64,000 bases of DNA from Candidatus Omnitrophota bacterium (GTDB lineage: Bacteria; Omnitrophota; Omnitrophia; Omnitrophales; Aquincolibacteriaceae), in the NCBI GenBank assembly GCA_030698625.1, contig JAUYMS010000048.1, positions 90,404 through 154,403 of the forward strand. The letters are read 5' to 3'. Made by a program: the position numbers and the translations under genes. Within the stretch, counting starts at the first letter, position 1; each line of letters opens with the position of its first letter. This document shows positions 63,080 to 64,000 of this stretch, one piece after another. The notes under the pieces are model-generated. The model saw nothing but the letters and a program-made list of their open reading frames with translations. It was not told where the DNA came from and did not search any database.

Positions 63080-63892
63080 ATGAAAACATTGGGCATTATT
63101 GCAGGTAACGGGCGCTTTCCCATTCTCGCAGCTCAGCAAGCACGCGAGCAGGGATTCCGTGTCGTCCTCTGCGCAGTGGAAAAGGAGGCCGATCCGGTGC
63201 TTGAGGAGATGGTCGACTGCTGTCAGTGGGTCAAGGTGGGTGCCCTGAAGAAGCTAACAGATTTTTTTTCGAAGGAAGGCGTTGAAGAGGCCATTATGGC
63301 CGGAAAGATTGAGAAAGTCCGTCTATTTCAAGGGAATGTGCAACCCGACCTCGAGATGGTCAAAGTCCTGATGAAGACTCGCGATTTCAAAGACGACTCA
63401 CTACTTTCCGGGATTGCCGATTATCTTGAAGGCCGCGGAATCCGTCTCCTGGACTCAACTACTTTTTTGAAGGGCGCACTCCCCGGGCCGGGTGTGTTGG
63501 GAAAGAAAAAGCCGTCGAAAGAGATTATGGAGGATATGGCATTTGGGTTCCATATGGCGAAATCCGTTTCGGGCTTAGATATAGGGCAAACGGTTGTCGT
63601 GAAAAAGAAGGCGATACTTGCCGTAGAAGCTATTGAAGGTACCGACCAAGCCATTCGCCGCGGCGGCATACTTGGCGGGGATAACATCGTGGTTGTGAAG
63701 GTTGCGAAGCCGAATCAGGACATGCGCTTCGACGTGCCTGCGGTCGGGCTTCAGACGATGGAGGCCTTAGTGGAATGTCGGGCAAGTGCCTTTGCGTTTG
63801 AAGCTTCGAAGACGCTTTTTTTGGATCAGACCGAATTCCTTAGAATGGCGGATGCTCATAAAATTGCGATCGTGGGTTGGCAAGAGGCATGA
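63080..63892 (+). CDS. lpxI: UDP-2,3-diacylglucosamine diphosphatase LpxI
   Basis: LGIIAGNGRFP, LDIGQTVV, AVEAIEGTD, KPNQDMRFDVP. Confidence 0.93.
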   Translation: MKTLGIIAGNGRFPILAAQQAREQGFRVVLCAVEKEADPVLEEMVDCCQWVKVGALKKLTDFFSKEGVEEAIMAGKIEKVRLFQGNVQPDLEMVKVLMKTRDFKDDSLLSGIADYLEGRGIRLLDSTTFLKGALPGPGVLGKKKPSKEIMEDMAFGFHMAKSVSGLDIGQTVVVKKKAILAVEAIEGTDQAIRRGGILGGDNIVVVKVAKPNQDMRFDVPAVGLQTMEALVECRASAFAFEASKTLFLDQTEFLRMADAHKIAIVGWQEA

Positions 63893-64000
63893 TGTCGAGC
63901 GAAGAATCCCGTAAAACTGAAACCAAAGATTCCCTAACAGGTCTACGCCGAGAGGTTGCGGAACTTACGGTGCTTCATGAGATTTCGAAGGTGATCAGTT
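63889..64000 (+). CDS. 3'-partial ORF, probable GAF-domain signalling protein
   Basis: ATGA overlap with lpxI; MMSSEESRK...REVAELTVLHEISKVIS resembles a GAF entry helix; only 37 codons visible. Confidence 0.45.
   Translation, partial: MMSSEESRKTETKDSLTGLRREVAELTVLHEISKVIS

Noticed and set aside
1-64000. CRISPR arrays, IS elements, prophage, rRNA, inteins
   Set aside because: No spaced repeats, transposase, integrase or rRNA sequence seen; dnaB is normal length and no intein motifs noticed in rpoBC

Overview
Core-genome window of a diderm bacterium, inferred PVC superphylum and most likely Omnitrophota (from the EF-Tu switch-I variant, absent rpmD, fused lpxC-fabZ and gene order). Every real gene but one is on the + strand. 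Bases 1-31055 are the translation/transcription supercluster: tuf (5'-partial), tRNA-Trp, secE-nusG-rplKAJL-rpoBC, str (no tuf), S10, spc (no rpmD) and alpha. Next come an aminotransferase, a 630-aa minimal Mfd, surA-pdxA-rsmA, gatCAB, tsaD and an mgtC-like gene. A nickel-pincer/nitrogen module follows: larB, sigma54-driven amtB-glnK, an N-terminal-only larC and a convergent His/Cys-rich membrane protein. The rest is hisG, an unannotated bS22/mS38-like peptide, ispE, tRNA-Gln, clpX with two orphan sugar-ABC permeases, glmU-prs-rplY-pth, rpsF-ssb-rpsR-rplI-dnaB and bamA-skp-lpxC/fabZ-lpxA-lpxI. No mobile element, CRISPR array or rRNA was seen. The best novelty candidates are a MinD-like amphipathic helix on a long linker at the C-terminus of ribosomal protein bL17, the trimmed Mfd, and the larB/amtB-glnK/larC1/putative Ni-permease locus. 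All calls come from motif recognition by eye; no searches were run.
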